Shown here: positions 12,201-27,900 of the stretch, piece after piece
Numbering within the stretch: the first letter of the stretch is position 1
Layout of the letters: every line of letters starts with the position of its first letter
NCBI RefSeq assembly: GCF_009914755.1
Contig: NC_060925.1
From: the human T2T-CHM13v2.0 reference genome, Homo sapiens
DNA length: 64,000 bases
Strand: one strand, 5' to 3'
Notes under the pieces: generated by a model
What the model was told of the DNA's origin: nothing
Databases searched by the model: none
The model's input: only the letters and a program-made list of their open reading frames with translations
Made by a program: the position numbers and the translations under genes

Positions 12201-14499
12201 CAAACGGAAAAAAACGGAATTATCGAATGGAATCGAAGAGAATCTTCGAACGGACCCGAATGGAATCATCTAATGGAATGGAATGGAATAATCCATGGAG
12301 TCGAATGCAATCATCATCGAATGGAATCGAATGGAATCATCGAATGGACTCGAATGGAATAATCATTGAACGGAATCGAATGGAATCATCATCGGATGGA
12401 AACGAATGGAATCATCATCGAATGGAAATGAAAGGAGTCATCATCTAATGGAATTGCATGGAATCATCATCAAATGGAATCGAATGGAATCAACATCAAA
12501 TGGAATCAAATGGAATCATTGAACGGAATTGAATGGAATCGTCATCGAATGAATTGAATGCAATAATCGAATGGTCTCGAATGGAATCATCTTCAAATGG
12601 AATGGAATGGAATCATCGCGTAGAATCGAATGGAATTATCATCGAATGGAATCGAATGGAATCAACATCAAACGGAAAAAAACGGAATTATCGAATGGAA
12701 TCGAAGAGAATCATCGAATGGACCCGAATGGAATCATCTAATGGAATGGAATGGAATAATCCATGGACTCGAATGCAATCATCATCGAATGGAATCGAAT
12801 GGAATCATCGAATGGACTCGAATGGAATAATCATTGAACGGAATCGAATGGAATCATCATCGGATGGAAACGAATGGAATCGTCATCGAATGGAAATAAA
12901 AGGAGTCATCATCTAATGGAATTGCATGGAATCATCATAAAATGGAATCGAATGGAATCAACATCAAATGGAATCAAATGGAATCATTGAACGGAATTGA
13001 ATGGAATCGTCATCGAATGAATTGAATGCAATCATCGAATGGTCTCGAATGGAATCATCTTCAAATGGAATGGAATGGAATCATCGCATAGAATCGAATG
13101 GAATTATCATCGAATGGAATTATCATCGAATGGAATCGAATGGAATCAACATCAAACGGAAAAAACCGGAATTATCGTATGGAATCGAAGAGAATCATCG
13201 AATGGACCCGAATGGAATCATCTAATGGAATGGAATGGAATAATCCATGGACTCGAATGCAATCATCATCGTATAAAATCGAATGGAATCATCGAATGGA
13301 CTCGAATGGAATAATCATTGAACGGAATCGAATGGAATCATCATCGGATGGAAACGAATGGAATCATCATCGAATGGAAATGAAAGGAGTCATCATCTAA
13401 TGGAATTGCATGGAATCATCATAAAATGGAATCGAATGGAATCAACATCAAATGGAATCAAATGGAATCATTGAACGGAATTGAATGGAATCGTCATCGA
13501 ATGAATTGAATGCAAACATCGAATGGTCTCGAATGGAATCATCTTCAAATGGAATGGAATGGAATCATCGCATAGAATCGAATGGAATTATCATCGAATG
13601 GAATCGAATGGAATCAACATCAAACGGAAAAAAACGGAATTATCGAATGGAATCGAAGAGAATCATCGAATGGACCCGAATGGAATCATCTAATGGAATG
13701 GAATGGAATAATCCATGGACTCGAATGCAATCATCATCGAATGGAATCGAATGGAATCATCGAATGGACTCGAATGGAATAATCATTGAACGGAATCGAA
13801 TGGAATCATCATCGGATGGAAATGAATGGAATCATCATCGAATGGAATCGAATAGGATTATGGAATGAAATCCAGTGTGATCATCATCGAATGGACCCGA
13901 ATGGAATCATCATCCAACGGAAGCTAATGGAATCAACATCGAATGAATCAAATGGAAACACCATCGAATTGAAACGAATGGAATTACCATGAAATTGAAA
14001 TGGATGGACTCATCATCGAATGGATTCGAATGGAATCATCGAATAAAATTGATTGAAATCATCATCGAATGGAATCGAATTGTATCATTGAATGGAATCG
14101 AATGGAATCATCATCAGATGGAAATGAATGGAATCGTCATAGAATGGAATCGAATGGATTCATTGAATGGAATCAGATGGAATCATCGAATGGACTGGAA
14201 TGGAATCATTGAATGGACTCGAAAGGGATCATGATTGAATGGAATTGAATGGAATCATCGAATGGTCTCGATTGGAATCATTATCAAATGGAATCGAATG
14301 GAATCACCGAATAGAATCGAATGGAACAATCATCGAATGGACTCAAATGGAATTATCCTCAAATGGAATGGAATGGAATTATCGAATGCAATCGAATGGA
14401 ATTATCGAATGCAATCGAATAGAATCATCGAATGGACTCGAATGGAATCATCGAATGGAATGGAATGGAACAGTCAATGAACTCGAATGGAATCATCAT

Positions 14500-17400
14500 T
14501 GAATGGAATCGAATGGAATCAACGAGTGGAATCGAATGGAATTATGATCAAATGGAATCGAATGTAATCATCATCAAATGGAATCAAAAATAACCATCAT
14601 CAAATGGTATTGAATGTAATTGTCATCAAATGGAATTCAAAGGAAATATCATCAAATGGAACCGAGTGGAATCCTCATTGAATGGTAATGAAAGGGGTCA
14701 TCATCTAATGGAATCGCATGGAATCATCATCAAATGGAATCGAATGGAATCATCATCAAATGGAATCTGATGGAATCATTGAACAGAATTGAATGGAATC
14801 GTCATCGAATGAATTGAATGCAATCATCGAATGGTCTCGAATGGAATCATCTTCTAATGGAAAGGAATGGAATCATCGCATAGAATCGAATGGAATTATC
14901 ATCGAATGGAATCGAATGGTATCAACATCAAACGGAAAAAAACGGAATTATCGAATGGAATCGAAGAGAATCTTCGAACGGACCCGAATGGAATCATCTA
15001 ATGGAATGGAATGGAATAATCCATGGACTGGAAGGCAATCATCATCGAATGGAATCGAATGGAATCATCGAATGGACTCGAATGGAATAATCATTGAACG
15101 GAATCGAATGGAATCATCATCGGATGGAAACGAATGGAATCATCATCGAATGGAAATGAAAGGAGTCATCATCTAATGGAATTGAATGGAATCATCATAA
15201 AATGGAATCGAATGGAATCAACATCAAATGGAATCAAATGGAATCATTGAACGGAATTGAATGGAATCGTCATCGAATGAATTGAATGCAATCATCGAAT
15301 GGTCTCGAATGGAATCATCTTCAAATGGAATGGAATGGAATCATCGCATAGAATCGAATGGAATTATCATCGAATGGAATCGAATGGAATCAACATCAAA
15401 CGGAAAAAAACGGAATTATCGAATGGAATCGAAGAGAATCATCGAACGGACACGAATGGAATCATCTAATGGAATGGAATGGAATAATCCATGGACTCGA
15501 ATGCAATCATCATCGTATAAAATCGAATGGAATCATGGAATGGACTCGAATGGAATAATCATTGAACGGAATCGAATGGAATCATCATCGGATGGAAACG
15601 AATGGAATCATCATCGAATGGAAATGAAAGGAGTCATCATCAAATGGAATTGCATGGAATCATCATAAAATGGAATGGAATGGAATCAACATCAAATGGA
15701 ATCAAATGGAATCATTGAACGGAATTGAATGGAATCGTCATCGAATGAATTGAATGCAATCATCGAATGGTCTCGAATGGAATCATCTTCAAATGGAATG
15801 GAATGGAATCATCGCATAGAATCGAATGGAATGATCATCGAATGGAATCGAATGGTATCAACATGAAACGGAAAAAAACGGAATTATCGAATGGAATTGA
15901 AGAGAATCATCGAACGGACCCGAATGGAATCATCTAATGGAATGGAATGGAATAATCCATGGACTCGAATGCAATCATCATCGAATGGAATCGAATGGAA
16001 TCATCGAATGGACTCGAATGGAATAATCATTGAACGGAATCGAATGGAATCATCATCGGATGGAAACGAATGGAATCATCATCGAATGGAATCGAATAGA
16101 ATTATGGAATGAAATCCAGTGTGATCATCATCGAATGGACCCGAATGGAATCATCATCCAACGGAAGCTAATGGAATCAACATCGAATGAATCGAATGGA
16201 AACACCATCGAATTGAAACGAATGGAATTATCATGAAATTGAAATGGATGGACTCATCATCGAATGGATTCGAATGGAATCATCGAATAAAATTGATTGA
16301 AATCATCATCCAATGGAATCGAATGGTATCATTGAATGGAATCGAATGGAATCATCATCAGATGGAAATGAATGGAATCGTCATAGAATGGAATCGAATG
16401 GATTCATTGAATGGAATCAGATGGAATCATCGAATGGACTGGAATGGAATCATTGAATGGACTCGAAAGGGATCATGATTGAATGGAATTGAATGGAATC
16501 ATCGAATGGTCTCGATTGGAATCATTATCAAATGGAATCGAATGGAATCACCGAATAGAATCGAATGGAACAATCATCGAATGGACTCACATTGAATTAT
16601 CCTCAAATGGAATCGAATAGAATTATCGAATGCAATCGAATGGAATTATCGAATGCAATCGAATAGAATCATCGAATGGACTCGAATGGAATCATCGAAT
16701 GGAATGGAATGGAACAGTCAATGAACTCGAATGGAATCATCATTGAATGGAATCGAATGGAATCATCGAGTGGAATCGAATGGAATTATGATCAAATGGA
16801 ATCGAATGTAATCATCATCAAATGGAATCAAAAATAACCATCATCAATTGGTATTGAATGGAATTGTCATCAAATGGAATTCAAAGGAATCATCATCAAA
16901 TGGAACCGAATGGAATCCTCATTGAATGGAAATGAAAGGGGTCATCATCTAATGGAATCACATGGAATCATCATCAAATGGAATCGAATGGAATCATCAT
17001 CAAATGGAATCTGATGGAATCATTGAACAGAATTGAATGGAATCGTCATCGAATGAATTGAATGCAATCATCGAATGGTCTCGAATGGAATCGTCTTCTA
17101 ATGGAAAGGAATGGAATCATCGCATAGAATCGAATGGAATTATCATCGAATGGAATCGAATGGTATCAACATCAAACGGAAAAAAACGGAATTCTCGAAT
17201 GGAATCGAAGAGAATCTTCGAACGGACCCGAATGGAATCATCTAATGGAATGGAATGGAATAACCATGGACTGGAAGGCAATCATCATCGAATGGAATCG
17301 AATGGAATCATCGAATAGACACGAATGGAATAATCATTGAACGGAATCGAATGGAATCATCATCGGATGGAAACGAATGGAATCATCATCGAATGGAAAT

Positions 17401-20400
17401 GAAAGGAGTCATCATCTAATGGAATTGAATGGAATCATCATAAAATGGAATCGAATGGAATCAACATCAAATGGAATCAAATGGAATCATTGAACGGAAT
17501 TGAATGGAATCGTCATCGAATGAATTGTATGCAATCATCAAATGGTCTCGAATGGAATCATCTTCAAATGGAATGGAATGGAATCATCGCATAGAATCGA
17601 ATGGAATTATCATCGAATGGAATCGAATGGAATCAACATCAAACGGAAAAAAACGGAATTATCGAATGGAATAAAAGAGAATCATCGAACGGACACGAAT
17701 GGAATCATCTAATGGAATGGAATGGAATAATCCATGGACTCGAATGCAATCATCATCGAATGGAATCGAATGGAATCATCGAATGGACTCGAATGGAATA
17801 ATCATTGAACGGAATCGAATGGAATCATCATCGGATGGAAACGAATGGAATCATCATCGAATGGAATCGAATAGAATTATGGAATGAAATCCAGTGTGAT
17901 CATCATCGAATGGACCCGAATGGAATCATCATCCAACGGAAGCTAATGGAATCAACATCGAATGAATCGAATGGAAACACCATCGAATTGAAACGAATGG
18001 AATTATCATGAAATTGAAATGGATGGACTCATCATCGAATGGATTCGAATGGAATCATCGAATAAAATTGATTGAAATCATCATCAAATGGAATCGAATG
18101 GTATCATTGAATGGAATCGAATGGAATCATCATCAGATGGAAATGAATGGAATCGTCATAGAATGGAATCGAATGGATTCATTGAATGGAATCAGATGGA
18201 ATCATCGAATGGACTGGAATGGAATCATTGAATGGACTCGAAAGGGATCATGATTGAATGGAATTGAATGGAATCATCGAATGGTCTCGATTGGAATCAT
18301 TATCAAATGGAATCGAATGGAATCACCGAATAGAATCGAATGGAACAATCATCGAATGGACTCACATTGAATTATCCTCAAATGGAATCGAATAGAATTA
18401 TCGAATGCAATCGAATGGAATTATCGAATGCAATCGAATAGAATCATCGAATGGACTCGAATGGAATCATCGAATGGAATGGAATGGAACAGTCAATGAA
18501 CTCGAATGGAATCATCATTGAATGGAATCGAATGGAATCAACGAGTGGAATCGAATGGAATTATGATCAAATGGAATCGAATGTAATCATCATCAAATGG
18601 AATCAAAAATAACCATCATCAAATGGTATTGAATGTAATTGTCATCAAATGGAATTCAAAGGAAATATCATCAAATGGAACCGAGTGGAATCCTCATTGA
18701 ATGGTAATGAAAGGGGTCATCATCTAATGGAATCGCATGGAATCATCATCAAATGGAATCGAATGGAATCATCATCAAATGGAATCTGATGGAATCATTG
18801 AACAGAATTGAATGGAATCGTCATCGAATGAACTGAATGCAATCATCGAATGGTCTCGAATGGAATCATCTTCTAATGGAAAGGAATGGAATCATCGCAT
18901 AGAATCGAATGGAATTATCATCGAATGGAATCGAATGGTATCAACATCAAACGGAAAAAAACGGAATTATCGAATGGAATCGAAGAGAATCTTCGAACGG
19001 ACCCGAATGGAATCATCTAATGGAATGGAATGGAATAATCCATGGACTGGAAGGCAATCATCATCGAATGGAATCGAATGGAATCATCGAATGGACTCGA
19101 ATGGAATAATCATTGAACGGAATCGAATGGAATCATCATCGGATGGAAACGAATGGAATCATCATCGAATGGAAATGAAAGGAGTCATCATCTAATGGAA
19201 TTGAAAGGAATCATCATAAAATGGAATCGAATGGAATCAACATCAAATGGAATCAAATGGAATCATTGAACGGAATTGAATGGAATCGTCATCGAATGAA
19301 TTGAATGCAATCATCGAATGGTCTCGAATGGAATCATCTTCAAATGGAATGGAATGGAATCATCGCATAGAATCGAATGGAATTATCATCGAATGGAATC
19401 GAATGGAATCAACATCAAACGGAAAAAAACGGAATTATCGAATGGAATCGAAGAGAATCATCGAACGGACACGAATGGAATCATCTAATGGAATGGAATG
19501 GAATAATCCATGGACTCGAATGCAATCATCATCGTATAAAATCGAATGGAATCATGGAATGGACTCGAATGGAATAATCATTGAACGGAATCGAATGGAA
19601 TCATCATCGGATGGAAACGAATGGAATCATCATCGAATGGAAATGAAAGGAGTCATCATCAAATGGAATTGCATGGAATCATCATAAAATGGAATGGAAT
19701 GGAATCAACATCAAATGGAATCAAATGGAATCATTGAACGGAATTGAATGGAATCGTCATCGAATGAATTGAATGCAATCATCGAATGGTCTCGAATGGA
19801 ATCATCTTCAAATGGAATGGAATGGAATCATCGCATAGAATCGAATGGAATGATCATCGAATGGAATCGAATGGTATCAACATGAAACGGAAAAAAACGG
19901 AATTATCGAATGGAATTGAAGAGAATCATCGAACGGACCCGAATGGAATCATCTAATGGAATGGAATGGAATAATCCATGGACTCGAATGCAATCATCAT
20001 CGAATGGAATCGAATGGAATCATCGAATGGACTCGAATGGAATAATCATTGAACGGAATCGAATGGAATCATCATCGGATGGAAACGAATGGAATCATCA
20101 TCGAATGGAATCGAATAGAATTATGGAATGAAATCCAGTGTGATCATCATCGAATGGACCCGAATGGAATCATCATCCAACGGAAGCTAATGGAATCAAC
20201 ATCGAATGAATCGAATGGAAACACCATCGAATTGAAACGAATGGAATTATCATGAAATTGAAATGGATGGACTCATCATCGAATGGATTCGAATGGAATC
20301 ATCGAATAAAATTGATTGAAATCATCATCCAATGGAATCGAATGGTATCATTGAATGGAATCGAATGGAATCATCATCAGATGGAAATGAATGGAATCGT

Positions 20401-23400
20401 CATAGAATGGAATCGAATGGATTCATTGAATGGAATCAGATGGAATCATCGAATGGACTGGAATGGAATCATTGAATGGACTCGAAAGGGATCATGATTG
20501 AATGGAATTGAATGGAATCATCGAATGGTCTCGATTGGAATCATTATCAAATGGAATCGAATGGAATCACCGAATAGAATCGAATGGAACAATCATCGAA
20601 TGGACTCACATTGAATTATCCTCAAATGGAATCGAATAGAATTATCGAATGCAATCGAATGGAATTATCGAATGCAATCGAATAGAATCATCGAATGGAC
20701 TCGAATGGAATCATCGAATGGAATGGAATGGAACAGTCAATGAACTCGAATGGAATCATCATTGAATGGAATCGAATGGAATCATCGAGTGGAATCGAAT
20801 GGAATTATGATCAAATGGAATCGAATGTAATCATCATCAAATGGAATCAAAAATAACCATCATCAATTGGTATTGAATGGAATTGTCATCAAACGGAATT
20901 CAAAGGAATCATCATCAAATGGAACCGAATGGAATCCTCATTGAATGGAAATGAAAGGGGTCATCATCTAATGGAATCACATGGAATCATCATCAAATGG
21001 AATCGAATGGAATCATCATCAAATGGAATCTGATGGAATCATTGAACAGAATTGAATGGAATCGTCATCGAATGAATTGAATGCAATCATCGAATGGTCT
21101 CGAATGGAATCGTCTTCTAATGGAAAGGAATGGAATCATCGCATAGAATCGAATGGAATTATCATCGAATGGAATCGAATGGTATCAACATCAAACGGAA
21201 AAAAACGGAATTATCGAATGGAATCGAAGAGAATCTTCGAACGGACCCGAATGGAATCATCTAATGGAATGGAATGGAATAACCATGGACTGGAAGGCAA
21301 TCATCATCGAATGGAATCGAATGGAATCATCGAATAGACTCGAATGGAATAATCATTGAACGGAATCGAATGGAATCATCATCGGATGGAAACGAATGGA
21401 ATCATCATCGAATGGAAATGAAAGGAGTCATCATCTAATGGAATTGAATGGAATCATCATAAAATGGAATCGAATGGAATCAACATCAAATGGAATCAAA
21501 TGGAATCATTGAACGGAATTGAATGGAATCGTCATCGAATGAATTGTATGCAATCATCAAATGGTCTCGAATGGAATCATCTTCAAATGGAATGGAATGG
21601 AATCATCGCATAGAATCGAATGGAATTATCATCGAATGGAATCGAATGGAATCAACATCAAACGGAAAAAAACGGAATTATCGAATGGAATAAAAGAGAA
21701 TCATCGAACGGACACGAATGGAATCATCTAATGGAATGGAATGGAATAATCCATGGACTCGAATGCAATCATCATCGAATGGAATCGAATGGAATCATCG
21801 AATGGACTCGAATGGAATAATCATTGAACGGAATCGAATGGAATCATCATCGGATGGAAACGAATGGAATCATCATCGAATGGAATCGAATAGAATTATG
21901 GAATGAAATCCAGTGTGATCATCATCGAATGGACCCGAATGGAATCATCATCCAACGGAAGCTAATGGAATCAACATCGAATGAATCGAATGGAAACACC
22001 ATCGAATTGAAACGAATGGAATTATCATGAAATTGAAATGGATGGACTCATCATCGAATGGATTCGAATGGAATCATCGAATAAAATTGATTGAAATCAT
22101 CATCCAATGGAATTGAATGGTATCATTGAATGGAATCGAATGGAATCATCATCAGATGGAAATGAATGGAATCGTCATAGAATGGAATCGAATGGATTCA
22201 TTGAATGGAATCAGATGGAATCATCGAATGGACTGGAATGGAATCATTGAATGGACTCGAAAGGGATCATGATTGAATGGAATTGAATGGAATCATCGAA
22301 TGGTCTCGATTGGAATCATTATCAAATGGAATCGAATGGAATCACCGAATAGAATCGAATGGAACAATCATCGAATGGACTCACATTGAATTATCCTCAA
22401 ATGGAATCGAATAGAATTATCGAATGCAATCGAATGGAATTATCGAATGCAATCGAATAGAATCATCGAATGGACTCGAATGGAATCATCGAATGGAATG
22501 GAATGGAACAGTCAATGAACTCGAATGGAATCATCATTGAATGGAATCGAATGGAATCATCGAGTGGAATCGAATGGAATTATGATCAAATGGAATCGAA
22601 TGTAATCATCATCAAATGGAATCAAAAATAACCATCATCAATTGGTATTGAATGGAATTGTCATCAAACGGAATTCAAAGGAATCATCATCAAATGGAAC
22701 CGAATGGAATCCTCATTGAATGGAAATGAAAGGGGTCATCATCTAATGGAATCACATGGAATCATCATCAAATGGAATCGAATGGAATCATCATCAAATG
22801 GAATCTGATGGAATCATTGAACAGAATTGAATGGAATCGTCATCGAATGAATTGAATGCAATCATCGAATGGTCTCGAATGGAATCGTCTTCTAATGGAA
22901 AGGAATGGAATCATCGCATAGAATCGAATGGAATTATCATCGAATGGAATCGAATGGTATCAACATCAAACGGAAAAAAACGGAATTATCGAATGGAATC
23001 GAAGAGAATCTTCGAACGGACCCGAATGGAATCATCTAATGGAATGGAATGGAATAACCATGGACTGGAAGGCAATCATCATCGAATGGAATCGAATGGA
23101 ATCATCGAATAGACTCGAATGGAATAATCATTGAACGGAATCGAATGGAATCATCATCGGATGGAAACGAATGGAATCATCATCGAATGGAAATGAAAGG
23201 AGTCATCATCTAATGGAATTGAATGGAATCATCATAAAATGGAATCGAATGGAATCAACATCAAATGGAATCAAATGGAATCATTGAACGGAATTGAATG
23301 GAATCGTCATCGAATGAATTGTATGCAATCATCAAATGGTCTCGAATGGAATCATCTTCAAATGGAATGGAATGGAATCATCGCATAGAATCGAATGGAA

Positions 23401-26400
23401 TTATCATCGAATGGAATCGAATGGAATCAACATCAAACGGAAAAAAACGGAATTATCGAATGGAATAAAAGAGAATCATCGAACGGACACGAATGGAATC
23501 ATCTAATGGAATGGAATGGAATAATCCATGGACTCGAATGCAATCATCATCGAATGGAATCGAATGGAATCATCGAATGGACTCGAATGGAATAATCATT
23601 GAACGGAATCGAATGGAATCATCATCGGATGGAAACGAATGGAATCATCATCGAATGGAATCGAATAGAATTATGGAATGAAATCCAGTGTGATCATCAT
23701 CGAATGGACCCGAATGGAATCATCATCCAACGGAAGCTAATGGAATCAACATCGAATGAATCGAATGGAAACACCATCGAATTGAAACGAATGGAATTAT
23801 CATGAAATTGAAATGGATGGACTCATCATCGAATGGATTCGAATGGAATCATCGAATAAAATTGATTGAAATCATCATCCAATGGAATTGAATGGTATCA
23901 TTGAATGGAATCGAATGGAATCATCATCAGATGGAAATGAATGGAATCGTCATAGAATGGAATCGAATGGATTCATTGAATGGAATCAGATGGAATCATC
24001 GAATGGACTGGAATGGAATCATTGAATGGACTCGAAAGGGATCATGATTGAATGGAATTGAATGGAATCATCGAATGGTCTCGATTGGAATCATTATCAA
24101 ATGGAATCGAATGGAATCACCGAATAGAATCGAATGGAACAATCATCGAATGGACTCACATTGAATTATCCTCAAATGGAATCGAATAGAATTATCGAAT
24201 GCAATCGAATGGAATTATCGAATGCAATCGAATAGAATCATCGAATGGACTCGAATGGAATCATCGAATGGAATGGAATGGAACAGTCAATGAACTCGAA
24301 TGGAATCATCATTGAATGGAATCGAATGGAATCAACGAGTGGAATCGAATGGAATTATGATCAAATGGAATCGAATGTAATCATCATCAAATGGAATCAA
24401 AAATAACCATCATCAAATGGTATTGAATGTAATTGTCATCAAATGGAATTCAAAGGAAATATCATCAAATGGAACCGAGTGGAATCCTCATTGAATGGTA
24501 ATGAAAGGGGTCATCATCTAATGGAATCGCATGGAATCATCATCAAATGGAATCGAATGGAATCATCATCAAATGGAATCTGATGGAATCATTGAACAGA
24601 ATTGAATGGAATCGTCATCGAATGAATTGAATGCAATCATCGAATGGTCTCGAATGGAATCATCTTCTAATGGAAAGGAATGGAATCATCGCATAGAATC
24701 GAATGGAATTATCATCGAATGGAATCGAATGGTATCAACATCAAACGGAAAAAAACGGAATTATCGAATGGAATCGAAGAGAATCTTCGAACGGACCCGA
24801 ATGGAATCATCTAATGGAATGGAATGGAATAATCCATGGACTGGAAGGCAATCATCATCGAATGGAATCGAATGGAATCATCGAATGGACTCGAATGGAA
24901 TAATCATTGAACGGAATCGAATGGAATCATCATCGGATGGAAACGAATGGAATCATCATCGAATGGAAATGAAAGGAGTCATCATCTAATGGAATTGAAA
25001 GGAATCATCATAAAATGGAATCGAATGGAATCAACATCAAATGGAATCAAATGGAATCATTGAACGGAATTGAATGGAATCGTCATCGAATGAATTGAAT
25101 GCAATCATCGAATGGTCTCGAATGGAATCATCTTCAAATGGAATGGAATGGAATCATCGCATAGAATCGAATGGAATTATCATCGAATGGAATCGAATGG
25201 AATCAACATCAAACGGAAAAAAACGGAATTATCGAATGGAATCGAAGAGAATCATCGAACGGACACGAATGGAATCATCTAATGGAATGGAATGGAATAA
25301 TCCATGGACTCGAATGCAATCATCATCGTATAAAATCGAATGGAATCATGGAATGGACTCGAATGGAATAATCATTGAACGGAATCGAATGGAATCATCA
25401 TCGGATGGAAACGAATGGAATCATCATCGAATGGAAATGAAAGGAGTCATCATCAAATGGAATTGCATGGAATCATCATAAAATGGAATGGAATGGAATC
25501 AACATCAAATGGAATCAAATGGAATCATTGAACGGAATTGAATGGAATCGTCATCGAATGAATTGAATGCAATCATCGAATGGTCTCGAATGGAATCATC
25601 TTCAAATGGAATGGAATGGAATCATCGCATAGAATCGAATGGAATGATCATCGAATGGAATCGAATGGTATCAACATGAAACGGAAAAAAACGGAATTAT
25701 CGAATGGAATTGAAGAGAATCATCGAACGGACCCGAATGGAATCATCTAATGGAATGGAATGGAATAATCCATGGACTCGAATGCAATCATCATCGAATG
25801 GAATCGAATGGAATCATCGAATGGACTCGAATGGAATAATCATTGAACGGAATCGAATGGAATCATCATCGGATGGAAACGAATGGAATCATCATCGAAT
25901 GGAATCGAATAGAATTATGGAATGAAATCCAGTGTGATCATCATCGAATGGACCCGAATGGAATCATCATCCAACGGAAGCTAATGGAATCAACATCGAA
26001 TGAATCGAATGGAAACACCATCGAATTGAAACGAATGGAATTATCATGAAATTGAAATGGATGGACTCATCATCGAATGGATTCGAATGGAATCATCGAA
26101 TAAAATTGATTGAAATCATCATCCAATGGAATCGAATGGTATCATTGAATGGAATCGAATGGAATCATCATCAGATGGAAATGAATGGAATCGTCATAGA
26201 ATGGAATCGAATGGATTCATTGAATGGAATCAGATGGAATCATCGAATGGACTGGAATGGAATCATTGAATGGACTCGAAAGGGATCATGATTGAATGGA
26301 ATTGAATGGAATCATCGAATGGTCTCGATTGGAATCATTATCAAATGGAATCGAATGGAATCACCGAATAGAATCGAATGGAACAATCATCGAATGGACT

Positions 26401-27900
26401 CACATTGAATTATCCTCAAATGGAATCGAATAGAATTATCGAATGCAATCGAATGGAATTATCGAATGCAATCGAATAGAATCATCGAATGGACTCGAAT
26501 GGAATCATCGAATGGAATGGAATGGAACAGTCAATGAACTCGAATGGAATCATCATTGAATGGAATCGAATGGAATCATCGAGTGGAATCGAATGGAATT
26601 ATGATCAAATGGAATCGAATGTAATCATCATCAAATGGAATCAAAAATAACCATCATCAATTGGTATTGAATGGAATTGTCATCAAATGGAATTCAAAGG
26701 AATCATCATCAAATGGAACCGAATGGAATCCTCATTGAATGGAAATGAAAGGGGTCATCATCTAATGGAATCACATGGAATCATCATCAAATGGAATCGA
26801 ATGGAATCATCATCAAATGGAATCTGATGGAATCATTGAACAGAATTGAATGGAATCGTCATCGAATGAATTGAATGCAATCATCGAATGGTCTCGAATG
26901 GAATCGTCTTCTAATGGAAAGGAATGGAATCATCGCATAGAATCGAATGGAATTATCATCGAATGGAATCGAATGGTATCAACATCAAACGGAAAAAAAC
27001 GGAATTCTCGAATGGAATCGAAGAGAATCTTCGAACGGACCCGAATGGAATCATCTAATGGAATGGAATGGAATAACCATGGACTGGAAGGCAATCATCA
27101 TCGAATGGAATCGAATGGAATCATCGAATGGACTCGAATGGAATAATCATTGAACGGAATCGAATGGAATCATCATCGGATGGAAACGAATGGAATCATC
27201 ACCGAATGGAAATGAAAGGAGTCATCATCTAATGGAATTGAATGGAATCATCATAAAATGGAATCGAATGGAATCAACATCAAATGGAATCAAATGGAAT
27301 CATTGAACGGAATTGAATGGAATCGTCATCGAATGAATTGAATGCAATCATCAAATGGTCTCGAATGGAATCATCTTCAAATGGAATGGAATGGAATCAT
27401 CGCATAGAATCGAATGGAATTATCATCGAATGGAATCGAATGGAATCAACATCAAACGGAAAAAAACGGAATTATCGAATGGAATAAAAGAGAATCATCG
27501 AACGGACACGAATGGAATCATCTAATGGAATGGAATGGAATAATCCATGGACTCGAATGCAATCATCATCGAATGGAATCGAATGGAATCATCGAATGGA
27601 CTCGAATGGAATAATCATTGAACGGAATCGAATGGAATCATCATCGGATGGAAATGAATGGAATCATCATCGAATGGAATCGAATAGAATTATGGAATGA
27701 AATCCAGTGTGATCATCATCGAATGGACCCGAATGGAATCATCATCCAACGGAAGCTAATGGAATCAACATCGAATGAATCGAATGGAAACACCATCGAA
27801 TTGAAACGAATGGAATTATCATGAAATTGAAATGGATGGACTCATCATCGAATGGATTCGAATGGAATCATCGAATAAAATTGATTGAAATCATCATCAA
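14500..27900 (+). repeat. Local higher-order array of 2244-bp (P) and 1775-bp (Q) units in the order P Q P Q Q P Q
   Basis: Anchor spacings 2244, 1775, 2244, 1775, 1775, 2244, 1775. ORF offsets 4019 (14793/18812), 1775 (21056/22831) and 5794 (18812/24606). Shared variants: ggactcacattgaatt, cgtataaaatc, gaataaccatggactggaagg, ggaataaaagag. Confidence 0.92.

Larger units (their letters stand above)
1..12850 (+). repeat. Higher-order duplication, offset 7545 bp (about 1-5300 repeated at about 7546-12850)
   Basis: ORF pairs 339/7884, 969/8514, 2277/9822 and 4520/12065. Shared private variants: ggattaattg, doubled caaaaataaccatcat, ggtagtgaa, cagcacatag, aaaggactcgtatgg, ggagtcg. Confidence 0.92.
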
